Position numbers and translations under genes: made by a program. A stretch of 63,328 bases of DNA, counting the filler, from Guillardia theta CCMP2712 (taxonomy: Eukaryota; Protista; Cryptophyta), in assembly GCF_000315625.1 (NCBI RefSeq). It is 6 parts of 6 records of this genome, joined end to end, with 100 filler letters (N's around TTAATTAATTAA, not from the genome) between each part and the next. Parts side by side here need not be neighbours in the genome. Positions count along the whole stretch, not along the records: positions 56,838 to 61,567 come from NW_005434171.1; positions 61,668 to 63,328 come from NW_005434628.1; 4 more parts are not named here. One strand, given 5' to 3'. This document shows positions 61,530-63,328 of the stretch, piece after piece. Below the pieces are notes generated by a model. It was not told where the DNA came from. It ran no database searches and was given only the letters and a program-made list of their open reading frames with translations. Within the stretch, counting starts at the first letter, position 1. The number at the start of each line of letters is the position of its first letter.

Positions 61530-61827
61530 GTACGAGAGAGATAGCGAGAGAGGGAGAAGGAGCGTGGNNNNNNNNNNNNNNNNNNNNNNNNNNNNNNNNN
61601 NNNNNNNNNNNTTAATTAATTAANNNNNNNNNNNNNNNNNNNNNNNNNNNNNNNNNNNNNNNNNNNNTCTTTTTCCCATTTTTGAGGGAACCGAGCACCA
61701 GTACGTCCAGGGCGACATAGACTGGAGGAATTTTCCTATTGGTGCTACAAAAGTTTATCACAGATCTTGTGCGACTCTTTCGGAGAAGGTAGGATAGACT
61801 GTCTCGTATCCGCCGGGAAATTTGTTT

Positions 61828-63145
61828 CTAGGGATAGCAGCTTTTGTTTGTTGAGCATTTGTTGTCGGGGTGCATTTCCTCCCGAGGGGGGGAGGGAGGG
61901 AGAAGAAGGTAGATCACAGACCGATCCGAGGACGCCGAAGTTCCATGACGGCCATCCCTTCTTGAGAGACTCTTCACTCTCAATCCCGTTAGGCTCCTGC
62001 TCATACATTCAGTCTCCTCCTCCACCTCTTACGCTCCTTCCTCCTCCACGCCACTCCCAACTCTTCCCGCTGCATCTCCTCTGCCTTCAATCGGCTTTCT
62101 CTCCCTCGCTCCTCCTTCCTCTCTCTTCCTTACTTGTCAAACTATCGTACTCCTCTCTTCGTTACTTGTCGAACTATCGTACTCCTCTCTTCGTTACTTG
62201 TCAAACTATCGTACTCCTCTCTTCGTTACTTGTCAAACTATCATACTCCTCTCTTCGTTACTTGTCAAACTATCATACTCCTCCTCTCTCCTCTCTCCCT
62301 CATGTTGCCTTCCACCTTCATCCCTCTCTTCTCACCATGGGTGCTATCCCGTTGCCCTTGGGTGAAAACATATTCAGGTCAGGAACCTGCGTTGGATAGT
62401 CAATAAGTGAGCAGGAGGAAAAAGATGAGGAAGGGAAGAAGAGGGAGAGGAGAGAGAAGAGCGAAGGGAGAGGGTGAGGGTGAGGGAGAGAGGAGAGGAG
62501 AGGGAAGGGAGAAGAGAGGAGAGGGAAGGGAGACGGAGAGAAAGGGAAGGGGACAGGAGAGGAGGCAGGGAAGCAAGAGGAGGGAGGGAGGAGAGAGAGA
62601 GAGGAGGGTCGGATAGCACCTCCATCGGAAATCCTTGCTTTCCGCCATCTGTAGAGCAAGTCATGGAGGGGAAGTGAATTCAGAAGCACCTTGACCTCCA
62701 GCACGTGAGCCTTCTCCTTCCTCCTGCTCCTCGTCAGAAGGCAGCAGCCGCACAAGCCTCCTCCTCACCTCCTCCTCAATCAAGTTCCCTTCCTCCTCAA
62801 AGTCTGCTGAATGCCAGCCGAACTCCGGGTTGAGCAGGGTGTAGTCCTTCTTGGCATCCTGCGTCCAAGTTAGAGCAGGGGAGAGAGGAGGGAGAAAAGA
62901 GGAGGGAGAGAAGAGGAGGGAGGAGGGAGGAGGGAGAAAAGAGGAGGGAGAGAAGAGGAGGGAGGAGGGAGGAGGGAGGAGATAGAGCAGTAAACTGAGC
63001 AGGTGGAAAGGAGTTGATGGGAAGGGGACAAGAGGAGTCGAGGGAGATAGAAGAGGATCAGAGAGTGGGCTGATACCGCAGAATATACAGGCAGCCTGAG
63101 CTCAAAGTCCTCTCCTTCATCTTCGGGAACTTGTTTCGCCTGCTA
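61828..63145 (-). CDS. Hypothetical multi-exon gene entering from the right edge
   Basis: Exon-like segments with GT/AG borders (DAKKDYTLLNPEFGWHSADFEEEGNLIEEE; VPDLNMFSPKGNGIAP; EPNGIESEESLKKGWPSWNFGVLGS) between CT/GA-rich introns. Confidence 0.4.
62130..62283. repeat. 32-bp minisatellite TTACTTGTCAAACTATCGTACTCCTCTCTTCG, ~5 copies
   Basis: Tandem copies with few substitutions, seen directly. Confidence 0.9.
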
Positions 63146-63173
63146 GCATTCAGTCCCAGGAGATCAAACGTAA

Positions 63174-63323
63174 GGAGAGGAGAGGAGAGGAGAGGAGAGG
63201 AGAGGAGAGGAGAGGAGAGGAGAGGAGAGGAGAGGAGAGGAGAGGAGAGGAGAGGAGAGGAGAGGAGAGGAGAGGAGAGGAGAGGAGAGGAGAGGAGAGG
63301 AGAGGAGAGGAGAGGAGAGGAGA
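63174..63323. repeat. (GGAGA)n microsatellite
   Basis: Tandem array seen directly; the same unit occurs at ~31790-31880. Confidence 0.95.
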
Positions 63324-63328
63324 GGGAA

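Noticed and set aside
1-63328. tRNA, rRNA, transposase or reverse transcriptase genes
   Set aside because: None recognised by eye; tRNAscan-SE, Infernal and RepeatMasker would be needed to exclude them.

Overview
Eukaryotic nuclear DNA from an intron-rich alga with a red-derived complex plastid, most consistent with a cryptophyte such as Guillardia theta. This is inferred from short GT-AG introns, GA/CT-microsatellite introns, a bipartite signal+transit peptide with the A|F motif, and N-gaps carrying the artificial TTAATTAATTAA marker. Most listed ORFs are spurious microsatellite read-throughs, so genes were spliced by hand. Recognised genes: a small plastid-targeted membrane protein, a secreted discoidin-like protein, two PDZ proteins, RNA Pol III subunit RPC5, an RRM-like protein, CTU2 immediately followed on the same strand by CTU1 (only a sequence gap separates them, so a fusion is possible), an ARG1/DnaJ15-16-like J-protein, mitochondrial uS15, a fragmented COG0523 (CobW/ZigA) GTPase, a ~7-kb essentially intronless multidomain S8 subtilase with a 1-nt frameshift, a PKA-like kinase and the N-terminal half of an ADP-ribosyltransferase-family protein. 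The subtilase lies between two copies of a duplicated uS15/COG0523 3'-end segment. Intergenic DNA shows a recurring two-part pattern of strand-polarised TACCC/GGGTA blocks and CCGG/GAGTC-rich islands.
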